A stretch of 64,000 bases of DNA from Macrostomum lignano (GCA_002269645.1 NIVC01003413.1:35245-99244); one strand, 5' to 3'; positions 48,100 to 58,056 are shown, counted from the stretch's first letter. Made by a program: numbers and translations. The notes: generated by a model from the letters alone, not told the origin.

Positions 48100-49409
48100 G
48101 ATGATTTGCAAGAGAAAGTTCAAGTTTCACAGAAGGATTTATTTTCAATGAAAGTCTAACTGATGCAGGAAAAGTCTTTCACTCTGCGGTTTCCTAGAGC
48201 GGCACTCAGGGGTTTAAATAAAAAAAAAATTAAGGGAACTTCGTTGCAGAAAATCCGCGGCAATTCCGTCGACTGCCAGATGACTTGAGTTTTGCACAGG
48301 TACCTTGTTTCTTTTTTTAGTATCAAGGTGGTCTGTTTATTATTACCGTTTCAAGAGACTGTTTCTATTTTAAGCAACAGACTAGCAATCAGCGCCTCCC
48401 GTTTTGCGGAGGCAACGAAAAAGGGATAAAATATTACAATATTTTTAATAAACTACATTAAGATTTGACCTTGAATAGTTTCTATTGTCAGAATCGTAAG
48501 GAAAAAGATGTTTAAAGCAAAAAACATCAGCCCTCAAAGCCAGCTATCCAGTATAAATTAGCGTCTCCTCAAGACATCAATTTGACATCAAAGCTTTCCC
48601 TTAAGCCATGACCTAACCCTAATTCTCCCTTTGATATAACTTTTTCTTTGCCAGCTACCAACAAATTCAAATTGAACATCGAGCCTCAGCTTTTCAGCAA
48701 TCCCCCTGAGTCTTAAGCACAGAATTCTGTGGTATTAGCATCTCAACAATTCCCCCAAGACCCACAGCAAGGCCCGTGAGCCTTGACGTCTACGCAATTC
48801 ACCTCGTAAGACTTGACATCACAGCGATTTCTCCTGTGGACCTTAAAATCTCAGCACCTCCCCAATTTTAAATTTCAAAAACTCCACCCATAAGCCTTGA
48901 TATCTCAGCAATTTTCCAAATGAACCTCGACATCTCAAAAATTCTCCCACGAGCCTTGAAATCATAGCAATATTCCCTATGAGACTAGAACAGGTTTTAT
49001 TTTCCTGCTATCTTTTGCCCACAAGCCAGAAAGACTTTCTAACAAACTGGCCTCCAAGGGCCCTATTATGAGTGTGAGGCTCACATCTTAGAATTCCTTT
49101 TTCGACTGTATTTTATAGTCAAGCAAGCAAGCAGGTTAGTTGACAAAATGCAGAGCAATGCAGTTTTGAGCGAAGCAGGGTTATCGCTCAAGCCGTCCCT
49201 TTCTGTGCCATTCTTAGGCACCATATCACCCACCAAAGCATTTGCTGCGAGTCAACTGTGTCACGCGCTCGCAGGCTGCTGGCTTGGCTCTCAAACCTCA
49301 ACTTTGTTATTTGTAATTTAGTGTAGAGCTGGTCTGGCTGGATAGCCCCGGCCGAGACGAGAGGAGGCTGTTGTTTTTTTGCTGCGATGTAAGCACTTTT
49401 CCAGTGCTT

Positions 49410-49560
49410 ACGAAGACTGTTTCTATTTTTAGCAACAAGGTGGTCTGTTCCTATTGTCGCCGCTTGAAGAGACTGTTTCTATTTTTAGCAACAAGGTGGC
49501 CTGTTCTTATTGTCGCCGCTTGAAGAGACTGTTTCTATTTTTAGCAACAGATTCAGGTGC
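49410..49560. repeat. ~59-bp tandem repeat (AGACTGTTTCTATTTTTAGCAACAAGGTGG...)
   Basis: About 2.5 copies; a related copy at ~48305-48385. Confidence 0.8.
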
Positions 49561-49799
49561 CACTGCTGTAAACCTCTGAGCAGACTTTGCATTCCCACCA
49601 AGCAAGTTTCCTATAGCTAAACTTTGAATTATAAATCCAGGTTTGCAAATAAATGACCCAAGATGGCTTTGAAAAAAATTAGTCAATTGTTTCTGAACGC
49701 TGTCGTGAGTGCCGTGGTTGAACAGGAAAACAGAGTTACTCAAATAAACTGATGAGTAGAAGGCATGAGGGGGCTTTTGGGACAAAATTTTTCACCTCC

Positions 49800-50035
49800 T
49801 CCATAATCCACCTAAATCCATCCATATTATCCCTGACAGAATCAGAAAAAAGGGGGGTCGCACTCGCTCCGAAAACATCGTCCATAATCCACCTAAATCC
49901 ATCCATATTATCCCTGACAGAATCTTGAAAAAGGGGAGGGGTCGCACTTGCTCCGAAAACTTCGAACATAATCCTATTAAATCCATCCATATTATCCCTG
50001 ACAGAATCAGAGCATTATCCCTGACAGAATCAGAG
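49800..50035. repeat. ~81-84-bp tandem repeat x3, possibly subterminal to the first viral element
   Basis: CATAATCCACCTAAATCCATCCATATTATCCCTGACAGAATC recurs at 49800, 49881 and ~49965. Confidence 0.85.
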
Positions 50036-50223
50036 CATAACAGTAGGACACCTGTTATGCTCACTGACACCGACATCCACCCATAGCATGTTCGAAACAA
50101 TCAGAAAATAATCTGCATTCTTCTCCCCACATTCAATTTGCAAAGCGAAACCAGATCCCAAAGACTTTAAATCATCAGCGCAGGGTCCTTACCCTTTGAA
50201 AAAAATCTAAATTCTCAATAAAA

Positions 50224-50463
50224 ATGTTTCCAGTTGTCTCTCCAAGTTCTTATTACAAAGCGCACGAGCCTAATTACAAATCCAAGTACCGATGCAAACT
50301 TGAATGCAGCGAGTACATGAGAAAATATTGGCCCGGCATGGATATCAATGTCCCTAATATTAATCAAGCTCTCCAAAGACACTGGTTTGAAAAACATGGA
50401 GTAACCTATGTAAAAGATTACGACAGCTACTATAACTTTGCAGAAATCATTAAGCAATTGTGA
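50224..50463 (+). CDS. Hypothetical 79-aa protein of element A
   Basis: ORF with TAAAAATG start context like neighbouring viral genes; converges tightly on the penton gene. Confidence 0.55.
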   Translation: MFPVVSPSSYYKAHEPNYKSKYRCKLECSEYMRKYWPGMDINVPNINQALQRHWFEKHGVTYVKDYDSYYNFAEIIKQL

Positions 50464-50467
50464 TTTC

Positions 50468-51331
50468 TTACATTCTCTCAATGATCAACGTCAATACAAA
50501 CTCTTCCCCATTAAAATCAACGCCCATCCCATCTTCAGTCTCAAACTGTAGCACAATCTCGTGAATCTCCTTATTACTCAATACAACTCTTTTCACTGGA
50601 TTTGGTTTCTCTACCACCATCTGTCCTCCAGCTACAGAGTTGGAGATATTGTACAAAATATTCGTTCGCTTTCCCTTAAATACCCAATCAAGACTAAGAT
50701 TACTTCTGATTAGAATATTCAAACCCTTTACAATGTCTGCAATATTGGGTGCTAAGAACAAACCGCTTACATTTTCCCGGGCCATTTTAACGGTCCCCGA
50801 TGCTTGAGTGGCGGTCCGCGCCGCGGATTCTGCCTTATAAACTTTCTTCTCGAATCCTAATTCCCTATACCAAGTGTCATCTCTAAACTCAACCTCCGCA
50901 TCTTTGTGAACTTGCATGACCACTCTCATTACAGTGAGATCATAGGTTAGTTTGACAGGGAACAGTTTCTTCTCTGGCTTACTCGCATCAGGTGTCTCAA
51001 AATGGCCTCTTTTAGTAAAGACGTTTTCTAGAAAGTTATTGTAGGTATCCACACTTTGCGTGCTCACATGGAATACCACAGGGTCTGCTGCTGCACCTTT
51101 CCATTTGTAATAAAACTTATTATTTGCTGCCATCACATTGGGAACGTTTGACCAACCAGTGAAGTCGTTAAGATAGACATGGTAATTAGCGCCTGGATCC
51201 AGGCGAATCGCCTGCTCTAATTTTTCAACAAATATCCCGTTTGAGTCATTAATTAGCCCGGTTATTGTATTAGGAATGCTCTCCTTAGAGTGTGAAACAA
51301 TGTTGTTTAGTCTTTCGGCTATGGCTTCCAT
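50468..51331 (-). CDS. Minor capsid (penton) protein, Polinton/adintovirus-like element A
   Basis: WSNVPNV..ANNKFYY, NILIRSNL, TNILY, VVEKPNPV, VDFNGEEFVLTLII motifs; adjacent to the MCP. Confidence 0.75.
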   Translation of the reverse strand: MEAIAERLNNIVSHSKESIPNTITGLINDSNGIFVEKLEQAIRLDPGANYHVYLNDFTGWSNVPNVMAANNKFYYKWKGAAADPVVFHVSTQSVDTYNNFLENVFTKRGHFETPDASKPEKKLFPVKLTYDLTVMRVVMQVHKDAEVEFRDDTWYRELGFEKKVYKAESAARTATQASGTVKMARENVSGLFLAPNIADIVKGLNILIRSNLSLDWVFKGKRTNILYNISNSVAGGQMVVEKPNPVKRVVLSNKEIHEIVLQFETEDGMGVDFNGEEFVLTLIIERM

Positions 51332-51354
51332 TTTTTTCACCCACAAAAAAATAT

Positions 51355-52641
51355 TTAAACTTTACTGGATGAATTGTTGATCATGTTAAGCTTCACCTTC
51401 CTCTCAAATGCATAGACAATGTACAGGTCCACGGGTGTTGCGGCAGTCCTTTCAATGTTAGTCACGATATTCACAGGGCTGTTATCAGTAGGCATTTGTC
51501 TGGCAGACACATCAGCGCCAAACATCGGATATAGAGTTCCATATTGAAGAGCAGTGATAGCAATTCCATTGTTCTCTTTCACAGCCAAGTCGACCAACTC
51601 GCTGTAAAATTTGCTAATCTTGTTCTGACTGAAATTTCCATTTTGTGGCAGTGCAGGGTAAAGATTATCACTGATTTCATGCTGAATGGACCGCACGTCT
51701 CCATGCATGTAGCGTATAATGCTATTTGGGTTTCTCATGTTAATAATAATATACCGTGGATTGCTGCATGATCCCTCTTTAATGCAGATGTTTGTTCTAG
51801 TTTCGTTTCGCTCATCTCGACACATGTAGGCCGTGTATGCAACATCAATGTCCTTCTCTATTGCCTTAAGATAATCAGCTTTTAGTGCAGTCTTTGGCTC
51901 AATGACTTCCAAATACAGCTCGATTCCGGTTAGCTTCACATCCATCCTAGTGTGATCCGCCCCAGTCCACAACGCTCTACTGCGATCATCTCTAGTCAGT
52001 CTAAATGTGTAGCTAAAGTTGCTAGTCAGTCGATTAAATGTATTACAGAATCCACTCATGAATCTCAATGGTACAAATACATCAACAGACCGATACAGCG
52101 GGTTCTTAGCAGCATCATCAGCACCTTGCAATGCATAGTTGTATCTCTTCTTCCTCTTTTTATAGCCACTGTCATTGGTGTCTCCTTCTTTTTCATCTGC
52201 AATAAAACCCGCACCACTTCCCAACTGAATAAAATCAGGATTCTCAATCAAACAATGAGCGTCATAGACAATTCCAAAGTTGGCGATTCGCTCCAACTCT
52301 GTGTTCCCATTCGATACACTAAACTCCTTGAACATGTACGCCCAAAAGTTACTGATCAGAGCCACATCCGCATCATGCTTGTCAACGTTAGCACGAGCCG
52401 CATCCGCACCACCTTTTGTCTTGAATTGAAATGTCATATGGAAGCCGCTCTTAAGACTGTGCACACTAACCAGAGACGAACATCCATTGTATGTAAATGT
52501 CAGTGTTTGACCTGGACCCAAATTAGTTTCATTCTGGTTCTCGTGACTCGGAACTCTAACTTGTGTCGCTTTGATTGTGCTATCATCACTCAAAATAGGC
52601 TTGTTAATTTTGTAGAAAACTGGTGTCAGTGGGTCGTTCAT
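51355..52641 (-). CDS. Major capsid protein (double jelly-roll), element A
   Basis: 428 aa, intact; DDSTI, VALISNFWAYMF, VFVPLRFMSGFCN, FRLTRDD, YPMFGADVS resemble one Polinton/adintovirus MCP lineage. Confidence 0.75.
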   Translation of the reverse strand: MNDPLTPVFYKINKPILSDDSTIKATQVRVPSHENQNETNLGPGQTLTFTYNGCSSLVSVHSLKSGFHMTFQFKTKGGADAARANVDKHDADVALISNFWAYMFKEFSVSNGNTELERIANFGIVYDAHCLIENPDFIQLGSGAGFIADEKEGDTNDSGYKKRKKRYNYALQGADDAAKNPLYRSVDVFVPLRFMSGFCNTFNRLTSNFSYTFRLTRDDRSRALWTGADHTRMDVKLTGIELYLEVIEPKTALKADYLKAIEKDIDVAYTAYMCRDERNETRTNICIKEGSCSNPRYIIINMRNPNSIIRYMHGDVRSIQHEISDNLYPALPQNGNFSQNKISKFYSELVDLAVKENNGIAITALQYGTLYPMFGADVSARQMPTDNSPVNIVTNIERTAATPVDLYIVYAFERKVKLNMINNSSSKV

Positions 52642-52671
52642 TTTTTAACTAAAAATAAAATAAAATAAGAA

Positions 52672-53892
52672 ATGAAGCGGAAAAGTTCATATCATATCTC
52701 TGAACTAGAAAAGCTGGCGCAAGCAGAGAAACGAGTTACCGGACTAATCAACAAAGAACAACAATCTTACAATGAATTCGTCCAAGCAGCCACCGAATTT
52801 CACAAACCTGGATACACAGAAGCGAAGAAAAACATCGACACTGTGAAGGAAACAATTGATGATATTCAAGAGAGCCAGTTGCAAAACACATTGGGTAAAA
52901 TCCCATCTTCACCGGGACAACCACAGGCTCAGCAACCAGGACAACCAGTGCAGATGAAAGTGACGGATAACTTTTTTGGCCCCGTATTGGATGATGGAAA
53001 ATATATTTTTGGAATTAGCGCCTGGCGAAAAAATATTACCGGGGAACCGGCGGATTACAACATTGAAGTGACAAAGGAAAATATTTTAATCAATAAAGGC
53101 GCAGAAACTAAACGAATCCCCTTCACTCAAAGTTTACTCGACTACATGACTAAAAATCTAGAGAAAACGTCTAAAAAGCAGTTCGAAAATTACAAAGATC
53201 TTGTTACCTTCGCTTTAGAGAGGGATATAGATATGCTCAAGAACGACGGTGTTTTGAAAATTTTACATGAAAACGGGATTGTCTTGAACAGGTTTAAAAA
53301 ATACAAATACTTTCAACAATGGTTTGGTTTGCCGGATCAAGAAGAGGTCATAAGACAACAACCACAACAACCACAACAACCACAGCCACAACAGCAGCAA
53401 CCAAAACAACAACTACAACAACAACTACAACAACCACAACAGCAGCAACCACAAACACAACCACAACCACAACAACCTCCACCGCCACAGCAACAAATCA
53501 CACCCGAACAAGTACTAGAAGCGCTTGAAAAAGCAGGGCCAAATGAGATTTCCCAGTACAAAGATACAAACCCTGATACTTGGCGACAATTAGAGCGGCT
53601 CTCACCAGAACGAATGAAGCGAATCAATGACAGAGTATTCACACCTCAACAAAGACAAGCGCCACATGACAGTTCCTCCTCTGACCAATCATTCGAATCA
53701 CCTCCAAGCTCTTCCGGAAAAGGCATGCCTGAATTCTACAAGCGGTTAGCTGTTCTTCTAGGAGCGGCAAAGACCGGAATGAAAGACGAGAATAGAAAAG
53801 AATTTGTCAACATCCTGGACAAAATGCTTGAGAGAAAATATATCGATAAAAGAGCAAGAGAACTTTTGCTTTCACGGTTTAACAAAAAATAA
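52672..53892 (+). CDS. Polinton-associated protein with Q/P-rich linker
   Basis: 406 aa intact; C-terminal GKG...RLAVLLGAAKTG...EFVNILDKML resembles a motif common in Polinton accessory ORFs. Confidence 0.65.
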   Translation: MKRKSSYHISELEKLAQAEKRVTGLINKEQQSYNEFVQAATEFHKPGYTEAKKNIDTVKETIDDIQESQLQNTLGKIPSSPGQPQAQQPGQPVQMKVTDNFFGPVLDDGKYIFGISAWRKNITGEPADYNIEVTKENILINKGAETKRIPFTQSLLDYMTKNLEKTSKKQFENYKDLVTFALERDIDMLKNDGVLKILHENGIVLNRFKKYKYFQQWFGLPDQEEVIRQQPQQPQQPQPQQQQPKQQLQQQLQQPQQQQPQTQPQPQQPPPPQQQITPEQVLEALEKAGPNEISQYKDTNPDTWRQLERLSPERMKRINDRVFTPQQRQAPHDSSSSDQSFESPPSSSGKGMPEFYKRLAVLLGAAKTGMKDENRKEFVNILDKMLERKYIDKRARELLLSRFNKK

Positions 53893-53908
53893 ATTTCTAT
53901 TTAAAAGG

Positions 53909-54277
53909 ATGCCAATTATTTTCGAAAAAGACATTGACAAATACTACGACAAAGAGGAACTTAATCTCATTAAACGCGGATCTGGACTTTTCCCTGCAGG
54001 CCACTATCCAAGAAAAGAACGTTCTGGGAACGGTCTTGCCGATTTGATCGCTCAAGGGGCCAAGATTTTTAAGGTCATTGGAGAGAACAAAGAGAACATC
54101 AAGAACGTTGCCAAAGCGGCTGGCAGTGTAGCCACAGCAGCCAAAAAGATAAAGGATACTGTAACACCTAAACAAGATATTCAACCCCTTGCACCGAGTG
54201 CAGATAGTGTCGATCCAGCCATCTACGCAAAGATGAGAGCTGAATATAAGAAAGGAGGCGGTTTTAAATTTGACTAA
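53909..54277 (+). CDS. Small putative virion core / membrane-lytic precursor
   Basis: ATG at 53909; G-x-G motifs (KRGSG, RSGNG, KKGGG) and amphipathic helix GLADLIAQGAKIFKVI. Confidence 0.55.
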   Translation: MPIIFEKDIDKYYDKEELNLIKRGSGLFPAGHYPRKERSGNGLADLIAQGAKIFKVIGENKENIKNVAKAAGSVATAAKKIKDTVTPKQDIQPLAPSADSVDPAIYAKMRAEYKKGGGFKFD

Positions 54278-54473
54278 TTTGGTGCACCCTGACGGTAAAA
54301 GAGGTGTGAGGGTGTAGGACTAGTCGGATGTAGGACTAGTCGAAAAAAGACACACACAACCCGAAAAAAGACACACACATCCCGCAAAGAGACACACACA
54401 TACACATCCCGAAAAAAGACACACGCGTCTTAAATACACAAGTTTAAAAAGAAAAAGTTTTTTTACATAAAAA

Positions 54474-55273
54474 ATGGACTTCACAAACGACTTTCATCCC
54501 CACTGGACACGCAATCAGATAAAATTTGCTCACAACGAGATAATTCCAGGGCACTTCCGATGCATTGTTGTTGGCTCATCTGGGTCAGGGAAAACCTTCA
54601 GAGTTTTTAACATGCTCCTCAGACCTGGATTCCTCGATTATGACACACTACATATCTATTCACCCACTCTGTATCAAGATGAGTATAAAATGCTAGTAGC
54701 GGGCCTACAGAACAAACTCAACAAGGAAGATATTATTCAATGTTTTAGACATCAAAAAGACCTCAACAGCAACCCGGAAGTTGTAGCCACTGAATACGCA
54801 AAGCACATCCCAGACAATGAAAAATGGCAAAATATTAAAGTTTTCACTTATGGAGATCCACAGATAGATCCTAAAACTAAACTCTTACCTCAACCTGATG
54901 AACTAGAAAAGGGGAGAAAGCACCTAATTGTCTTTGATGACTGCATGACCGGTCCCAGAAACAGATAGAAAATTATTTCACCCGGGGTAGACACAATAAC
55001 TGCAATGTTATTTACATTGCCCAAAACTGGTTTGAACTGCCAAATAAAACAATTAGAGGTAACTGTAATTTGATTCTCCTTTTCCCAACCATACCACAGG
55101 ATCGACTGAAACGATTTTATAATGAAGTCATTGCCCCAGCTCACATTACATATCCAGCTAAGAACTCTAACAGAACAATATCACAGGAGGAATTTGTTAA
55201 CATATGCTATGAAAAGTGGAACCAACCTTATCAGTTTGTCATGATTAATAAGGAGAAAAGAATTTTAATTTAA
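54474..55273 (+). CDS. A32-like packaging ATPase, element A (one frameshift)
   Basis: Walker A GSSGSGKT, Walker B LIVFDD, then shifted frame ENYFTRGRHNNCNVIYIAQNWF; shift at GGTCCCAG ~54950. Confidence 0.9.
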
Positions 55274-55288
55274 TTTTTCATTTAAAAA

Positions 55289-56014
55289 ATGTCTATTAAT
55301 TTTGCAGGTGAGTCAACTACAAGCAACAGCACTCTCACAACTTCCTTCCTTGATAAGCGCTACATTAACACTGATGAGGAGATCCCAGAGATCAAACTGA
55401 ATAAAAACAGACTGAAAGCCCTAGAGCGCTCCATGCACCAGTTGCAAATAAACATGGAAGATCTCAGGCTTAAAGTAGCTAGGCAGAAGTTTGAAAGTGA
55501 TAAGCTTTATGTGCCGTTGTTAAACGCAACTAATGAACTTAGGTCAGAAATAACTTCGGCAGTCTCGCAAATCAACGGCTTAAGATCGACAGTTAATCTT
55601 CTGGGAAATTCCACTGATAGACGGATGCGTATTCTTGAAGGAGGAGTTTTCGCAAACACAGCTAAAGTGAGGAATTTAGAAGAGTTCATGAACCAGTCAA
55701 CAGCGTTGCATGATAGAATTAAAGAAAACGTCGCAACCAACACAGGTAAAGTGAGGAATTTAGAAGAGTTCATGAACCAGTCAACAGCGTTGCATGATAG
55801 AATTAAAGAAAGACTTGATGCAATTAAAGTCTATTTAGATTTAATTTTTACCGAATGGCAGAAATCGGTGAGAAGAATCGGTCGTCTTGAACGCTTGCAT
55901 AATCTCAAAAACATTGACGCTGAAGAGGCACCACAGACCTGCACAAGGGAAACAAGTGATCCAACCGACTTGTTTGAGATCATGCGTAGAATGGAGCTCA
56001 CAGACAATGAATAG
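55289..56014 (+). CDS. Coiled-coil protein with internal 27-aa duplication
   Basis: KVRNLEEFMNQSTALHDRIKE occurs twice (81-nt repeat); heptad-like composition. Confidence 0.65.
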   Translation: MSINFAGESTTSNSTLTTSFLDKRYINTDEEIPEIKLNKNRLKALERSMHQLQINMEDLRLKVARQKFESDKLYVPLLNATNELRSEITSAVSQINGLRSTVNLLGNSTDRRMRILEGGVFANTAKVRNLEEFMNQSTALHDRIKENVATNTGKVRNLEEFMNQSTALHDRIKERLDAIKVYLDLIFTEWQKSVRRIGRLERLHNLKNIDAEEAPQTCTRETSDPTDLFEIMRRMELTDNE

Positions 56015-56122
56015 GCAGATTCAGAGACCTGTTGCCGTCACTGCAGACAAAGCAATCAACCGTAAAACAAATCTAACCACCACCAACTAGTTGCCGATTT
56101 TTTTTTAAAAATTCCCTAAAAA

Positions 56123-56533
56123 ATGGATGCTCAAAATTCTCTTTATGATCCGAACGCTCCCACAACACCTAGTGCACCTAGTGCACCCCAATATGAGCAA
56201 CAAAAACTCTACCCCGTCATTACTTGTAACTCTCAACAGTTTCGACTAGTGGAGATTCAAAAAATGCGAGATGATCTTGAAAAAAATATTTTCCACAACA
56301 CAAAGAAAATTAAGCGCTATGACAGCCACTGTAAATTTTTCGACTACAGCAATATGATTCTAGGATCTGTGTGTGTTCTAACTGGGTCTGCTGCAGCTGT
56401 CTCAACGTTGCCAGTCATCACAGCCCCAATCGCAATTCCACTTGGTTCAGTAGGTGCTGCATGTGGACTTATTTCAGCAATTACTGGAGCATTAGCGCGA
56501 GTAGTAGGGCGAATTATGATACTGCCGCACTAG
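56123..56533 (+). CDS. Adintovirus-type hydrophobic membrane protein, C-terminally truncated
   Basis: LYPVI...FRLVEI...KRY followed by two hydrophobic segments; frame runs into AGTAGTAG at 56500 and stops. Confidence 0.6.
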   Translation: MDAQNSLYDPNAPTTPSAPSAPQYEQQKLYPVITCNSQQFRLVEIQKMRDDLEKNIFHNTKKIKRYDSHCKFFDYSNMILGSVCVLTGSAAAVSTLPVITAPIAIPLGSVGAACGLISAITGALARVVGRIMILPH

Positions 56534-56575
56534 CACTGGCGAGATAGGCGGCAATGCAAATGTATAGGGAAAAAT

Positions 56576-57070
56576 ACACTGCGGAGATATGAGCCCTATC
56601 TCTGTGCATTGGGGACGGCTAAGCACTGCAGAGATATGAGCTCTATCTCTGTGCATTGGGGACGGCTAAGCACTGCAGAGATATGAGCTCTATCTCTGTG
56701 CATTGGGGACGGCTAAGCACTGCAGAGATATGAGCTCTATCTCTGTGCATTGGGGACGGCTAAGCACTGCAGAGATATGAGCTCTATCTCTGTGCATTGG
56801 GGACGGCTAAGCACTGCAGAGATATGAGCTCTATCTCTGCTTAACACAGGAGTGATAGGAGAAGAGGCGGCCTATTTCTTTACACTGGAGATGGTTAACA
56901 CTGCAGAGATAGGAGGAGAGGCGGCCTATCTCTTTGCATTGGGGTGGTTAACACTGCAGAGATAGGAGGAGAGGCGGCCTATCTCTTTGCATTGGGGGTG
57001 GTTAACACTGCAGAGATAGGAGGAGAGGCGGCCTATCTCTTTGCATTGGGGGTGGTTAACACTGCAGAGA
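56576..57070. repeat. Tandem hairpin repeats: 47-bp unit x~5.5, then 53-54-bp unit x~3
   Basis: Stems CAGAGATA/TATCTCTG (7-nt loop) and AGAGATAGG/CCTATCTCT (11-nt loop). Confidence 0.95.
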
Positions 57071-57114
57071 TAAGATGTTAATCTATGTAATTGGAAATAA
57101 TGTTTGCGAAAGAG

Positions 57115-57175
57115 CCAATCACAGAGCCCGGAGTGGGATGGGTGGTTTGGGGTGGTTCGGTCGAGGGTATATAAG
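57115..57175 (+). promoter_or_regulatory. Putative Pol II promoter (CCAAT box + TATA box)
   Basis: CCAAT at 57115, G-rich tract, TATATAAG at 57168-57175, ~105 nt upstream of ATG 57280. Confidence 0.6.
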
Positions 57176-57279
57176 CCCCGAAACTGACAAGAAAGAATTC
57201 TCAATTTTTCAAATCCAAAATTTCATCCGAACTTTTCCTCAGCTTTTAACTTTTGTGAGTTTTCAATTGCGAAAGGAAA

Positions 57280-58056
57280 ATGGACATCTGTGAAGGCTAT
57301 AAGGCACAAGTCCAGGAGTTTGAAGGACAAAAATTTATCGCTATTCGCAAGTTTTACCGACACGGCAGCACGGCAAGTCTGAAGCCAGGCGTCCCAGGAT
57401 TCAACCTGAATGTTCACCAATGGAAGAAATTGAAGGAGGTGAAACGCTCACTTGTGATTTCTGCACGCAACAACGAGCCCAAGGTCGTGAAACTCGGCTT
57501 CGATAAGTTTGTGGAAGTCAAAGGCGGCATCATTTGGCTCAAACGGCTGCCGGAAGATTGCTGCGAGGAGTTTTTGAGACGAAACGCCGTACCACTGACT
57601 CCGCCGCTGTGGCAGAAGCTCTGGAAAATCGCCTCCTGGATCGACGGTCAGCTGGTGGCTCCCTTGAGGAACACAATGCAGTACGAGCTGGAGTCTGATG
57701 AGGAAGAGGAGGAAGAGGACAAGAAGCTCAAGTTGGAGGCTGACCAGGACACGAAGCCCATAATGGAGACTGATGAGGGCGGAGATCATGCTGATGACGA
57801 GGACGTTAGCTCGCCCACAAGGCCGCGCATTGTGACTGAGCCAATCACATCCACACCGATACCTTCGGTTGATTCTGATGCTGGACTGCTTCCGCAGCGG
57901 GACACCAACCTTGAGGAAGATCCGGTGTGGTATCAGTTCAGGGCGCATGCAGCGGCTTCGACGGTGAGCAGCAGCAGCAGGAAGCGAAAGCTGCCATTTC
58001 AACTTCGTCGGCAGGACGCGATGAGGCTGCAGCCCAATGTTCGCTTTGATAACTGA
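57280..58056 (+). CDS. PC4/Sub1-like ssDNA-binding domain protein with acidic tail, element B
   Basis: VQEFEGQKFIAIRKFY...PGVPGFNLNVHQWKKL is a PC4 signature; a second degenerate repeat follows. Confidence 0.75.
   Translation: MDICEGYKAQVQEFEGQKFIAIRKFYRHGSTASLKPGVPGFNLNVHQWKKLKEVKRSLVISARNNEPKVVKLGFDKFVEVKGGIIWLKRLPEDCCEEFLRRNAVPLTPPLWQKLWKIASWIDGQLVAPLRNTMQYELESDEEEEEEDKKLKLEADQDTKPIMETDEGGDHADDEDVSSPTRPRIVTEPITSTPIPSVDSDAGLLPQRDTNLEEDPVWYQFRAHAAASTVSSSSRKRKLPFQLRRQDAMRLQPNVRFDN

Larger units (their letters stand above)
49755..56499. mobile_element. Polinton/adintovirus-like element A (left part)
   Basis: Penton, MCP, ATPase and accessory genes, AT-rich, shared TAAAAAATG starts; left end uncertain (AGTAGAAGG at 49755 is only a candidate). 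Confidence 0.7.

Noticed and set aside
49755-49765. AGTAGAAGG as the definite left terminus of element A
   Set aside because: The partner TIR and TSD are not in the window; kept only as a candidate
51952-52668. 238-aa plus-strand ORF and other long antisense ORFs over viral and host genes (57448-58110, 53319-53642)
   Set aside because: Shadows of well-supported opposite-strand or alternate-frame genes, with no recognisable motifs
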